Assembly: GCA_963921275.4 (NCBI GenBank)
Contig: OZ001293.3
Coordinates: 4,608,001 to 4,672,000, forward strand
Reading direction: 5' to 3'
From: an uncultured Hormoscilla sp.
Lineage (GTDB): Bacteria > Cyanobacteriota > Cyanobacteriia > Cyanobacteriales > Desertifilaceae
Length of the DNA stretch: 64,000 bases
A model generated the notes under the pieces. It saw only the letters and a list, made by a program, of their open reading frames with translations. It did not search any database and was not told the origin of the DNA. Both the position numbers and the translations under genes were made by a program. Positions 22,213-33,275 of this stretch are shown piece by piece. How positions within the stretch are numbered: position 1 is the stretch's first letter; each line of letters opens with the position of its first letter.

Positions 22213-22412
22213 AGTTCTACCTCCTAAATCAATCTCAGGTAAGATAAGATATATGCGAGAGGCTTCTTTCCTCCTTCAGTTCTTATCCTAGATAAACCTC
22301 CACAGGATGGGAAGATCGGCTTTCTGGAAAAATAAGTCGTGATTGCTGCCTACTTGTCGGCTGTAATCCAAAACGCTACCATAGACGGTAGGAGAAGTTA
22401 AGGGAGGACTAT

Positions 22413-22781
22413 ATGGCACTCTACCTTGTTACCTCACTCTTCGATGAAGGTATGTACGAAAGCGACTTCCAGGTAGTGGAAGCACAGTCGCAGATGGAAA
22501 TTGCTCAACATATGCTGGAACATCCCCACCAATGGGAGAATTATCTCTCCCAGGCTTACCCCAGGAACTGGCGAGACCATACATTTAATGTCGGCAGTCT
22601 CTGGGACTGCGTGCATTCCGACCAGATGACTCCCGATCGATTGCTGGAACTGATCGATATGACCAGTGTTGACGGAGATAGTACTTCTCAACTGCGCATC
22701 TTTGAGATCCAGGTGCAGCAGTTATCTGAGGTGGACACCAATCCATTTAAGCGCAAGATAATTCCCATTGTGCGCCTATAA
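22413..22781 (+). CDS. hypothetical protein
   Basis: 122-aa ORF with GGAGG RBS; no family recognised. Confidence 0.65.
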   Translation: MALYLVTSLFDEGMYESDFQVVEAQSQMEIAQHMLEHPHQWENYLSQAYPRNWRDHTFNVGSLWDCVHSDQMTPDRLLELIDMTSVDGDSTSQLRIFEIQVQQLSEVDTNPFKRKIIPIVRL

Positions 22782-22953
22782 AGAACTGGCATCCAGTCGC
22801 GGAAAACTGGAATTGTCTAGTTCGGGAAACTCGCCAAGCAGTTGACGGGAGTTTAACTATGTTTTGGAGATAGGACAGTTATAGCATAACTCGCACCCGA
22901 GTGTTGGGGCGACAAACTTAAACCGTTACAAGTGAAATTAGGAGGCTGACCAG

Positions 22954-23382
22954 ATGATTGTGCGTTGGCAAGCTTTTGATGACACTTTTCAGCGGATGGA
23001 AGCCCTTTCCCATCAGATGAATGAAATCTTTAGTGAGATAACTAGCACTACCTCAACCGCTGAAACGCTCTGGAATCCCCCGATCGAGCTAGTTGATACC
23101 CCTGATAACCTGCTGCAGCCGGGGATCGATCGCCAATTGATTGATATCCAGGTTGCCAGAGATGCGGTGCTAGTTGCGGGGGAACAACCTTATCCTCGCA
23201 AGGACAACTATGATGCTTATCTGCGATCGGAGTTTGCCTATGGTAAGTTCCGTCGGGTTGTGTACCTGCCAGTGGAGATTGAGAACGATCGCGTACAGGC
23301 CAACTTCCAGGATGGAGTGCTGACCTTGATGCTTCCCAAAGTCAAGCAAGCAGCTTGTTTCCAATCGCCTTCTGTAAGATGA
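22954..23382 (+). CDS. second Hsp20 family protein (possibly with a short internal deletion)
   Basis: WNPPIEL, SEFAYGKFRRV, ANFQDGVLTLMLPK; segment before PGID looks shortened. Confidence 0.8.
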   Translation: MIVRWQAFDDTFQRMEALSHQMNEIFSEITSTTSTAETLWNPPIELVDTPDNLLQPGIDRQLIDIQVARDAVLVAGEQPYPRKDNYDAYLRSEFAYGKFRRVVYLPVEIENDRVQANFQDGVLTLMLPKVKQAACFQSPSVR

Positions 23383-23517
23383 CCTAGCCACCAGCAACGG
23401 CGGGTGGCTGATTTTTGCGACTCAGTCCGATGGGAGACTTGGCAGCACTGCTTCGACTATAATAAAGAAGGATACAGATTTTTCCCGAACGGTAGCGTAA
23501 GCGTGTACCTATAGCCG

Positions 23518-26388
23518 ATGACTGAATCACAACCTCCCGACTATGCTGCTATTATCCGCGCTGCTAAGTCAGCCGCCCCTGATACACCGGATTTTTTCGC
23601 ACCAGGCAAAACTGTTCATTCCCCTCACTACGGTACGGGGAAAGTGATTAGAATTCTCGATAACCGCCTGATTGTCAAGTTTCCCGGTTACTCCGTTCCC
23701 GTGCAATTTAAGGATTGGCGGCAAGCAGTGCAGTCGGGAGAGGTACTCCCGGAAACCTCTGCGATAACTGCCTCCACTGTGGAGAAAAAAATTACTGAAA
23801 GCGAAACAGGGATAGATTTTGAAATTATCGGCGTAATTGAGAAGCCTGAGTACCGGGCGATCGCCTCCCAGTTCTCCTCAAGTATCGCGGACATCACGAT
23901 TATACCTGCATCACCGGGAAAGCGCTATTCGATCCCAGCAGATTTACCTCCGACCCTGGTCCAGGGGTTACAGCGGGTGGGCATTACTAGCTTGTACGGA
24001 CATCAGTTGGAAGCGTTAGAACAACTCAGAAGTGGCAAGGACTTATCGATAACCACTCCCACTGCTTCGGGGAAAACTCTCTGCTACAATTTAGCTATTC
24101 TCGAATCTTGTCTCAAGCAACCTCATAACTGCGCCCTTTATATTTTTCCTCTCAAGGCCCTCGCTTTTGACCAGTTGGGGAAACTCCAACGGTTGGTCGC
24201 CACCTTTCCTCTCTCTGATCGGTTGAAAGTCGGCCAAATGACCGGGGATACTTCTAGGGGCGATCGCAAGCAACTGTTTTTCCCCAACCTTCCCCACATC
24301 TTAGCTGTCAGTCCGGACTTGCTGCATTACCAATTAGAAAAGGTGCGGCGGCGGGGAGAATGGCAACCTTGGCGAGAGTTTTTCCGCTGCCTGCGTTGGG
24401 TGGTTATAGACGAGTCTCACATTTATATTGGTGCTTTTGGCGCTCACTTTGCTAACCTGATGCGAAGATTGCGTCGCGCCGTGGATGAAGTGGGCGGAAA
24501 TAGTGAGAAATTGCAGTTTATTTGCTCCTCCGCTACTATTGGCAACCCCGCCGAAATGGCAATGGGTTTCAGCGGGAGAACCCATCAACCCGAGAGACTG
24601 CATCTAATTGAATGCAGCGATGCAACTGCCAGTACGCAAACGATTCTTTCCTTTGCTCCTAGTGACACCGCTAATCCCGATGCCTGTAAGATTATTGTCT
24701 CATTGTTGCAGCAGAATTTGAGGGGACTTGTCTTCTGTAACTCCCGAAGGGCGGTGAAGAAATTGCTCTCCTTAATTCAACGAGAGACAGCAAGGCAAGG
24801 ACTTGGCTATTTAGCCCAGCATGTGGGCATTTTCTACGGTTCCCTGAAGGGCGATCGCCGCCGCAATTTAATTCGCAAGCTAGAGACCGGTTCGCTGAAG
24901 GTCATCATCTCCACTTCGGCCCTAGAAGCTGGCATTGACTTACCAGAATTAGATTTTTGTTTGTTGCGCGGCTATCCCGGTTCGATCATGTCCTTTCGCC
25001 AGCGCCTCGGACGGGTGGGCCGGAAGCATCCGGGGTTGATTATCTTCCTGCCCGTGGCCCAAAATGCCCTAGACAACTATTATGGACAAAACCCCAAACA
25101 GTTACTAGAAGGGGAAGTAGAAAGTGCTGTCTTTAATCCTGATTATCCCACAATTTTGAGCAAGCATCTAGAATGTTGCGGCGCTGAAAGCGGGTTACCA
25201 CTCCAGGATATAGAAAGTAGGTTTGGAGAAAAAGCAGGGGCGATCGCCTCGGCACTGCTGGACCAGGAAAAGCTTGCTCTCTCTGCCAAGGATTATTTGC
25301 AAGCATATGGTTATCCTCACAAAAAGGTTAACATCAGAGGCAATAACTCCCTCAGGGTTGACTTGGTGAACACCGAGACAGGAGAAGAGTTTGAGAATAT
25401 GCCATTAGACATCGCTTACCGAGAGGTTTTTCCGAAAGCAATTTACACTGCTAGCGAGGATGGTAAAAGTCTGATTAGTTATGAGTGTGAAAAGCTAGAT
25501 ATAGAAAAGGGAAAAGCATATCTAAAGCCCTTGAGCGCTCCGCCAAATCTATTTACTAAAGCAGTGAATGATTTACAAGTTAAGCCGTTATCAAAACTTG
25601 AGGAAACCAAGATTATTGATACAGCCTTTACAGAAGGAAGACTGCGACTGCGGCTGTATTGGGGAGAAATCACTTCCCTGGTAACGGGATATGATGTGTT
25701 AAGCGAAGAATATCGCCCTACTTGTACTAATAAAAGATGTCCTAATTATCACCGGCCATTGAAGGGGAAAAGCTGCTCCGCTTGCGGTCGGAAGCTGCAT
25801 TATGCTGAAATAAACGAGGTAAAGGAGGAAATTCAGTTCGAGAAACCCTACGGCACTACCTATCAAGCTCCTTTACTTAAGGTAGAGATTAATCCTGGCC
25901 TGTTAAAGGCGCTCTCCCAGGAGGTCTCGCGCCTCAAAAAGACTGTCAGAGAGCAACATCAAGACAAAATTCCTAATGGACTAGAGTATTTGTGGAGATC
26001 GACTCCAGACTGGTTAGCTTTACACAGCATTGGACATCTGCTGAGTTTCGCCCTGCCTTTAGTCGTGCTCTCCTCCAGTTTAGATGTTAACTACTTTGTC
26101 GAGAAAGAAGGCGATCTCGCCACCGTTGTCGGCTATTTCTTCGATACCTGCGATGACGGCAATGGTGCCGCCGAGGCCATCTTTCAGCACTTCCCCCGTT
26201 TGGCCGCAAAGGCTAAGTCTTTGGCGGCAGCTTGTGATTGTCAATTCGGTTGTCCCAGGTGCCTCACCCAGTCGAGATGTCCCCAACGAAACGTGGGACT
26301 CCATAAGGAAATAGGGCTGTTTCTCCTAAAGGCGATCGCACCGGTTGAGGACTTTAGTCCTCACTACAAACCTGTTTACATAATTTAA
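23518..26388 (+). CDS. DEAD/DEAH-box helicase with C-terminal DUF1998 Zn domain (YprA/MrfA/Hrq1-like)
   Basis: TPTASGKT, PLKALA, DESH, SATIGNP, TSALEAGID, QRLGRVGR, CDCQFGCPRC. Confidence 0.9.
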   Translation: MTESQPPDYAAIIRAAKSAAPDTPDFFAPGKTVHSPHYGTGKVIRILDNRLIVKFPGYSVPVQFKDWRQAVQSGEVLPETSAITASTVEKKITESETGIDFEIIGVIEKPEYRAIASQFSSSIADITIIPASPGKRYSIPADLPPTLVQGLQRVGITSLYGHQLEALEQLRSGKDLSITTPTASGKTLCYNLAILESCLKQPHNCALYIFPLKALAFDQLGKLQRLVATFPLSDRLKVGQMTGDTSRGDRKQLFFPNLPHILAVSPDLLHYQLEKVRRRGEWQPWREFFRCLRWVVIDESHIYIGAFGAHFANLMRRLRRAVDEVGGNSEKLQFICSSATIGNPAEMAMGFSGRTHQPERLHLIECSDATASTQTILSFAPSDTANPDACKIIVSLLQQNLRGLVFCNSRRAVKKLLSLIQRETARQGLGYLAQHVGIFYGSLKGDRRRNLIRKLETGSLKVIISTSALEAGIDLPELDFCLLRGYPGSIMSFRQRLGRVGRKHPGLIIFLPVAQNALDNYYGQNPKQLLEGEVESAVFNPDYPTILSKHLECCGAESGLPLQDIESRFGEKAGAIASALLDQEKLALSAKDYLQAYGYPHKKVNIRGNNSLRVDLVNTETGEEFENMPLDIAYREVFPKAIYTASEDGKSLISYECEKLDIEKGKAYLKPLSAPPNLFTKAVNDLQVKPLSKLEETKIIDTAFTEGRLRLRLYWGEITSLVTGYDVLSEEYRPTCTNKRCPNYHRPLKGKSCSACGRKLHYAEINEVKEEIQFEKPYGTTYQAPLLKVEINPGLLKALSQEVSRLKKTVREQHQDKIPNGLEYLWRSTPDWLALHSIGHLLSFALPLVVLSSSLDVNYFVEKEGDLATVVGYFFDTCDDGNGAAEAIFQHFPRLAAKAKSLAAACDCQFGCPRCLTQSRCPQRNVGLHKEIGLFLLKAIAPVEDFSPHYKPVYII

Positions 26389-26770
26389 CATATTTTTACA
26401 TAATTACCTCTAGAGAGAGTATCATAGAATATAAATATCTCTATACCAGAACAGGACTTACGCAATTCAGTTCCCTTATACCGGTAGGATCTGGTGCATC
26501 GAAGCCAAAATAGTGAAGAAGTATTTGCATAAGTCCTACAGCAGCAAGGGAAAAATACGCTGCCCAGAATCATGTTTCCTTGGACTCAAAAAATTCAACA
26601 ATGGGCCTCGGGAAGTATCTGCAAAACGCTATTCAAAGCCTGAACAACATAGTAGTAGAGAATGGCAGTAGTTTCAATGGCTTGAGGTTGATACCGGGGC
26701 TGAATGGACGTAAGCCCGTAGTTTGCTTAGTTAGCCAGTTTCAAGGAGGCTGCAACAGCAATAACATAAT

Positions 26771-27250
26771 GTGGGTTGTGGCATTGGGGGAAGCAGTCGC
26801 ATTTTGGCACGGGATTATGGATTCGCCGTTACCGGTATCACCATCAGTCCCCAACAAGTCAAACGCGCCCGAGAATTAACTCCCGAAGACCTGGAGCTGA
26901 AGTTTCTGGTGGATGATGCCATGGCAATGTCTTTCCCAGATGCCAGCTTTGACGTAGTTTGGTCGATCGAGGCCGGACCCCACATGCCAGATAAAGCTAT
27001 TTTTGCTCAAGAATTGCTGCGAGTTTTAAAGCCAGGTGGTATTCTGGTAGTTGCGGACTGGAATCAACGGGACGATCCCCAAAACCCGCTCAATTTTTGG
27101 GAACGCCCGCTCATGCGGCAACTTCTGGATCAATGGTTTCATCCAGCATTTGCCAGCATTGAAGAGTTTTCCGAACTTTTGGCAGCAACGGAACTGGTTG
27201 AAGGCAGAAAAATTAACAGAAACACCTGAAGCTGTTGTCACAGCTATTTA
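26771..27250 (+). pseudogene. fragment of a SAM-dependent methyltransferase (MPBQ/MSBQ-like)
   Basis: GCGIGGSSRILA, FDVVWSIEAGPHMPDK; N- and C-termini missing. Confidence 0.8.
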
Positions 27251-27460
27251 GGTAAAATGGGTGAAGCGTCCGGTTAAGATCGCATCTGACATCCGTAAAT
27301 TGACCTTAATACCGTAGGTTAGGTTTCCTTAAGCACGAAACCTAACCTGCGTTGGTCCAGTTGGGTTTCGTGCGGAAACCCAAGCTACAGCAGCATCTGC
27401 AAGTTGCTAATTGTGAATTGCTAATTGTTAATTGCCAGTTAACAATTCACAATTAGCAAT

Positions 27461-28660
27461 TCACAGGTATATTTGAGAATATATATAGCGGGCTAACTGT
27501 AAAGCCAGTAAAGGTGGTACGGCATTTCCAACTTGTGTAAATTGACGCGCAGTTGGACCACAAAAAACGAAATCATCAGGGAATGTTTGTAGCCTCGCTG
27601 ATTCTCTGACAGTTAAAGTCCGAGGATAAATAGGATGCAGATGGGATCTGCCGCCACCCTTCGTACCTCCACTGATTACCGTTTTAGATGGCAGATTAGG
27701 ATCTAATATATCAACTCTTCCCAGTCGATCTCGCTCTCCGTAATTTAGCTCCATATATCTAATCAATGATTCTGCTTTATGCTTTCTGGTTACATGATTT
27801 TCTAAGCCGTTTATTGTTTTTTCAAAAGCTTTATAGCAGGTAACAACCTTTGAGCTTGGTTCAGGAAAGATAAATTTGTTATTGGTACGATGACCAAATA
27901 CAAAGAGGCGATTCCGATTTTGTGGAACACCATAATGCGCAGCATTTGCTATCACCGGTTCAGAGATGTTGTATCCACACCCTCCTAAAAGATTAAGTGC
28001 TTCCGATAACTGAGTGCCGCCGTCAATATCTAGTAATCCTGTAACATTCTCAATCAAGAAAGCTTTTGGTTGAAATTGTTGAACATACCAAACAAAGTCG
28101 AAGAGAAGATTCCCGAAATCAGCATGAGCAAAACCAACTCTCTTAAAGTTATCTCCGTCTTTCGCGAATCTTTGATTAGCGACAATACTGAAAGGTTGAC
28201 AGGGCGGACCTCCTGTAAAAATCCCTTCAAATGGAATTGAAATGCCGACAATTAACTTCAAAATCGTGAAAAATTCTTCTCTATTTCTTACATCTCCACT
28301 GTATTCAGGTGGTCCGATCGCAACCCAATCAGGTCGGTTCAATCTAATTGTTTGACAAAAAATCGGATTGACTTCAATTGAAGCGAGGTGTTGAAAACCT
28401 GCATATTCAAAGCCAATATCTAAGCCACCGGCACCAGAGAAGAAGCTAACTACTGGAACGCCATGATTTTCCAAATCAAAATTATCAGGTGTTAGGAACT
28501 GAGCCGAACTATGAGTTATAGGTGGATTATTTCTGTATCTAAGAGCGTCATATCTCAAGCTCCTCCGCTTCAACTCACTGTGCAGGTCTAGCTTTTTGGC
28601 AATACATCTATTTAAAATGTCTAATTGTTCGTCAATAGTAATACTTGAATAAAACTTCAT
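27461..28660 (-). CDS. DNA (cytosine-5)-methyltransferase
   Basis: FFSGAGGLD, GGPPCQ, ENV, PQNRNR, RLQTFPDDF, QVGNAVPP. Confidence 0.95.
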   Translation of the reverse strand: MKFYSSITIDEQLDILNRCIAKKLDLHSELKRRSLRYDALRYRNNPPITHSSAQFLTPDNFDLENHGVPVVSFFSGAGGLDIGFEYAGFQHLASIEVNPIFCQTIRLNRPDWVAIGPPEYSGDVRNREEFFTILKLIVGISIPFEGIFTGGPPCQPFSIVANQRFAKDGDNFKRVGFAHADFGNLLFDFVWYVQQFQPKAFLIENVTGLLDIDGGTQLSEALNLLGGCGYNISEPVIANAAHYGVPQNRNRLFVFGHRTNNKFIFPEPSSKVVTCYKAFEKTINGLENHVTRKHKAESLIRYMELNYGERDRLGRVDILDPNLPSKTVISGGTKGGGRSHLHPIYPRTLTVRESARLQTFPDDFVFCGPTARQFTQVGNAVPPLLALQLARYIYSQIYL

Positions 28661-29513
28661 AGCCTAATTGCCTCCTTTGCTAATTGATAAACTTCTATCG
28701 CTTCATCTTTAGAGGAGAAATCATCAACTAAATTTCTCTCAAACCATTGCTTGTAATATACATGAACGCTTCGATGACAGTTGGGACATAAGCCAACAAC
28801 ATCTTCTATAGATGTTCCTGCCCCTGTAATAGTAATGGCTGATAAAAGTGGTAGTAAATGATGAACTTCTAAAATGTTGCTAGTCCAAGGATATCTATGG
28901 CGCATATCACAAAAATTAGCATTTCCCGAACTTGCCTCTCTTCGTCGCCAATTGGTAAACGCTCTACCATTTTCAAAGCTCTGTAATGCTCTAGGGGTTC
29001 ACATCCATTACAGTTATTACCTATTATCAAAGAGAAAACTTGTGATAGCTCTATAAGAGCTTCCCCATGCTCCAATAATTGCGCAAATAGATATTTCAAG
29101 ACAGCGCATAGAGGAAAAACGCGATTATCAGAGGGTGTGTAATCTTGGAATGCGGGAGAAGGCAAATAGAATCGTGGAATCCAGAATGAAAAATATTCGT
29201 CTACATCTATCTCAGAGGAGTCAACACTAGCTAGTCTCTGACCAATATCTGTAACTCTTAAGTTTCCGTCTAACTGGGTTGCTATCAAAGCACAGGCGAA
29301 CACACGAGCATAGTTTCTCCACAGGGTGTAAGTAGTTGGGGCAAATGATAAGCCCGTTCGAGATGTGAGAACTTCTCGAATAAAAGGGTCTCCATCTCGA
29401 CCAATATTGCTCCCCTCAAGCTCAACAAGACCTTCACAAATTTTCTTAATATTTTCAAAACGAAAATATGTTGATCTACCTTGATCCCAGCGCCATCTCT
29501 TAACCATAACCAT
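28657..29513 (-). pseudogene. HNH restriction endonuclease with internal deletion and frameshift
   Basis: N-terminus WRWDQGR... and C-terminal LEVHH...LCPNCHRSVH lie in different frames, joined near 28910; stop overlaps the methylase start. Confidence 0.8.
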
Positions 29514-29536
29514 TATTTGTAAGCATAATCTTTTAG

Positions 29537-29975
29537 ACCCCGCACCACCGGTTATGGCAGAGGAGCGATCTCCCAAACTCGGAGATCGCGTTCGCCAGAC
29601 TGCTCGCGACTGCTCGCGCAGCGTGCCACAGCCATACCATTTGGACCGCCAAACCTCCAAGTCAGAACTGTACTACTACATTCTATACTTCCCGAATCTT
29701 ACCTGTCAAGCGATCGCCCCCCAAAACCAGATTTTCTCACTGCGATCGGTCCACCCCGTAGGTCGTACCCCGCACCGCCGGTTATGGCAGAGCCGCGATC
29801 GCCCCAACTCACCTACGCGATCTTCCGATCTGTACTACTACATTCTATACTTCCCGAATCTTGCCTGTCAAGCGATCGCCCCCAAAACTCGATTTTCTCA
29901 CTACGATGGTCCGTAGGTTGTACCTCGCACTGCCGGTTATGGCTTAGACGCGATCTCCCCAACTCGGAGATCGCG
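29537..29975. repeat. tandem ~162-bp repeat units carrying a minus-strand promoter
   Basis: CTGTACTACTACATTCTATACTTCCCGAATCTT(A/G)CCTGTCAAGCGATCGCC at 29668 and 29830. Confidence 0.9.
29680..29709 (-). promoter_or_regulatory. sigma70-type promoter in the repeat unit
   Basis: TTGACA-18 bp-TAGAAT; copies at 29842-29871 and 30928-30957. Confidence 0.65.
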
Positions 29976-30016
29976 TTTGCTCGTCTTGTAGAGTCAAGTA
30001 AAAATCTTTGCTTTGT

Positions 30017-30399
30017 TCATTCCCACACCCGGCTAATTGAATAAGTATCAAATTTTGTATCCGCACTCACCAAAGACAACGATCGATTCATTGCTTGGGC
30101 AACTAAAATGCGATCGAATGGATCGCGATGGTTAGAAGTTAAGGGAAGTGAAGCATAAGTTATTGCATCTTCAAATGTAATAGGTAATTCCTGGATATTT
30201 AATGCCATCATATTAACCCTAATCATTTCTAAAGGCGTTGTCACTGTTAATTTTCCAATATTAACCTTAATAGATATTTCCCAAATTGAAGCAATACTGA
30301 CAAATACTGATCCGTGTTTTCTATCTTTTCTTTAATCAACTTTGGGAGTCTAGGGTTATTATCAAGAAACCAGAGCAATACATGGGTATCTAGCAGCAT
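30017..30399 (-). pseudogene. vapC: VapC PIN toxin, frameshifted
   Basis: MLLDTHVLLWF...SIASIWEISIK...HRDPFDRILVAQA; 383 bp, so the frame is broken. Confidence 0.85.
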
Positions 30400-30414
30400 A
30401 GACTATCTAGTCCA

Positions 30415-30669
30415 TTACATATAGTCTTTGAGGTCTTCAAGGGGTTCATCAAAATCATCTGACATGATAATCATCCCTTTCATCGTTCCGGCAACGCGAT
30501 ACTTTTTAGGAGCCGTTTCTTGTTCCGTAGGCTGGTTTGCAGCCGGGTGGCCTTTAGCCATATATTGTTCGCGGTTTTCAATCAAAGAATCAATATACTG
30601 TAATACTTTCAATTGTAGAGATTCAGGAAGACTCTCTAATTTTTCCAAAATAGCAGGTTGGATCGTCAT
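30415..30669 (-). CDS. DUF2281 antitoxin
   Basis: LPESLQLKVLQYIDSL...GTMKG-I-MSDDFDEPLED. Confidence 0.85.
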   Translation of the reverse strand: MTIQPAILEKLESLPESLQLKVLQYIDSLIENREQYMAKGHPAANQPTEQETAPKKYRVAGTMKGMIIMSDDFDEPLEDLKDYM

Positions 30670-30810
30670 TCTTTCTCCTTTTCAGTTTTAACTAATAACA
30701 TTACAGCAACACCTGAATATCAAAAACATTCCCACTGGTATCGCCCGATCAATCAAATACTGTGTCCAGATCGTATCATAAACCGCGATTTTGTTTTGTG
30801 CCGTTCCCAG

Positions 30811-31062
30811 TCGCTCCCCAAAACTCGATTTTCTCACTGCGATGGTCTACTCCGTAGGTTGTACCTCGCACTGCCGGGTCGCGATCGCCCCAACTCACCC
30901 ACGCGATCTTCCGATCTGTACTACTACATTCTATACTTCCCGAATCTTGCCTGTCAAGCGATCGCCCCCAAAACTCGATTTTCTCACTACGATGGTCCGT
31001 AGGTTGTACCTCGCACTGCCGGTTATGGCTTAGACGCGATCTCCCAAACTCCTCACGCGATC
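30811..31062. repeat. second block of the ~162-bp repeat
   Basis: 30881-31051 is nearly identical to 29795-29965. Confidence 0.9.
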
Positions 31063-31213
31063 GCGGCTGGCGGACAACTGGGAGTTGTGTTAATCTGGAC
31101 GAAGCCGTGAAAGGCTTTCGATGAGGAATGGGCGATCGGGATGATTTTGCCTTCCCTCGCACCAATGACCGAAGCAGTCTAATGCTAGCATCACTGGCGA
31201 CATATAACCTTTG

Positions 31214-32245
31214 CTACTCAATTGGCACATCGATTCTAGACCGTGCCACGCAAACATTATCCTTGATGATATAACATTCCACAAAGTGTGGTCCGTGGAA
31301 ATCACTTGATTCCTTTTTTTGATGATTTCCACAGTCATCTTCAATTTGTCCTCTAATTTGATTTCTTCTTCTTGCTTCCTTTCCAACATTACGAACCTTC
31401 CATTTAACGGCAAATGGTTTGGGGACATCACAATCAGCAATATAAAATGTTAAAATTTTACCTATACGCAACGGCAATCTCTTGGAGAGCATTTCATATA
31501 ACTTTCTAGTCATAAAACCCTTTTGTGAAACCAGGCAATCGATCTTCAAATTATATTGAATCTTGACTGAAAAATAACTCTCAATGAACTCCTCAGTATT
31601 CTCCCACGCGCAGTCCACAACTTTAGTTTCGTCTTCGCTTTTACTGCAAGAAAATCTGTCACCAAAGTGCCTTTGCCAAGCTTTACAGGCATCCCTCTGG
31701 CTTGTTTTCTCATCCAAAGCTTTCTCAGCCGATTTAATTAAATTGTTAAGACGGATGAAAAAATTTTTCTTCTTAGCTTCGCTGTAATCCTCTAACAGGT
31801 TTTCACCAGTCGGGGTTGTCGGACGATAGCATACAAAGTTCCGTTTCAGATTCTTCTGAATTTTGCACAGAGTTTTGTACAAAGCTACGTCATCTCGCTT
31901 ATCAACAAAACAAATATTTTTAGCCGCTAATATCGAGAAAATTAATCCACTCAACAACTTACCTTTATAATCACTCCAGGCTTTTAGGTAAAGCACAATT
32001 CGCTTTAGTTGACCGTCCTTGTCAGCTTTGCCATTAAACCATTGGATGAATTCTCTAGGATCGCTTTTAATCCATCCTTTCTTCTCATGAGCTAGATAGG
32101 GAACCTGCCCTTCAATAATGTAGTAAATTGGCAGATCGAGGTGATATTTTTTAGCATAGACAAGTCTGACACAGGTTTGCTTGTTGATAGGCTTTTGATT
32201 TGTATGATCATTTACAGCTTCACAAATCCAGCGGTGAAAGGTACC
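31214..32245 (-). pseudogene. CBASS CD-NTase (SMODS nucleotidyltransferase) with C-terminal AGS-C domain, 5'-truncated
   Basis: TFHRWICEAV-DHT...KQTCVRLVY...HLDLPIY...WIKSDP...QLKRIVLYLKAW; AGS-C-like KWKVRNVG...RGQI...FHGPHFVECYIIK. Confidence 0.8.
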
Positions 32246-33242
32246 AGATCGCTGAGCAGTCTGATGATAGTAGGTTCTAAGTGGCTTTTGCGATCTAGCA
32301 CAAAGGTATTTTCATCTGAAAATTGTCGGATGGCTTCAGAATTATGGGAGGTGACTAAAATTTGTCCGCCGTTCTTAAATGAGCGTCGCAATGATATGAC
32401 AAAATGTCCCACCTCTGATAGGGAAAGATAGTTATCAGGCTCATCCCAAAAGCACAAGATTGGTCCATATGATTTATTGGCAGCTAAGACAACAGCGCCA
32501 AGAAAAAAACATTTTTCACCATCAGATAAGTCCTTAAAGTAAACGCTCAGCTTGGCACTGTTTTCTTCAAACCTAACAATCATGCTTTTGAAGTCTTTGC
32601 CGATAAGTTCATTCTGAATATCATTAATGTCAGTAACCCAGAAAACCACTCTCCAAAGTTTGAACCATCTCGCTCTGGCTCCAAAGTTTCACCATGGGAT
32701 TCTCCGGTCATTAAGCTGGGGATTGGGGCTACAATAATCATGCGTGCGAGCCAGGTCTTGAAAATATGAAGTGGATCGGTTTCGGAGCGATCTTGAATTA
32801 TTGGAAGGGCCACAAGATGCCAATCTACCAGAAATTGAGCTTCAGGATTTCGCGAACTTGTATGAAGAGTGACTTGGGATTCTTTGCGAGAGTAAATTGG
32901 ATTTCCCTTGACTAGAAGTTGCTCTTCAAAAACTCGCAGTTCTCTGAAATTTTCTGGTAACTCAAAGGCAATGACATATTTGTAGAGTTTCTCATCAAGC
33001 AATACTTCTATTTCAAAGTGGATTGGCACATCATCCCTGTCATGAGCGAAATCCTTTGATTGGACAAGTTTTCCAACTCTATTTATGCCTCGACCGATAC
33101 TCTGAAGCACTTCTAAGGCACTGGCAATGGTTGATTTACCTGCACCATTTTTCCCGAGCAAAAGAGCAGATGACATCTCTTTGAGAGTCAGTTCAAAGTT
33201 TTCCAGACATCTGAAGTTGTGTAAATATATTCTTTGCAGCAT
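32212..33242 (-). pseudogene. AAA_21/ABC-type ATPase, frameshifted
   Basis: HNFRCLENF, GKNGAGKST, LSDGEK, WDEPDNYL, TSHN spread over two frames. Confidence 0.85.
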
Positions 33243-33275
33243 AGCCTTCAGTAATTAAAGTAGAGCGCGACTTCG

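Noticed and set aside
26400..26770. Short ORFs between the helicase and the methyltransferase fragment
   Set aside because: Multiple stops and no recognisable motif; no call can be supported.
23518..28660. DISARM or Druantia system (helicase plus methylase)
   Set aside because: No drmA/C/D/E or other Dru genes are present; the genes converge and are separated by an unrelated pseudogene.
29537..31062. CRISPR array or protein-coding repeats (ORFs 29554-29916, 30658-31002 and others)
   Set aside because: The unit is far too long for CRISPR, and the ORFs are overlapping shadow translations of a non-coding repeat.
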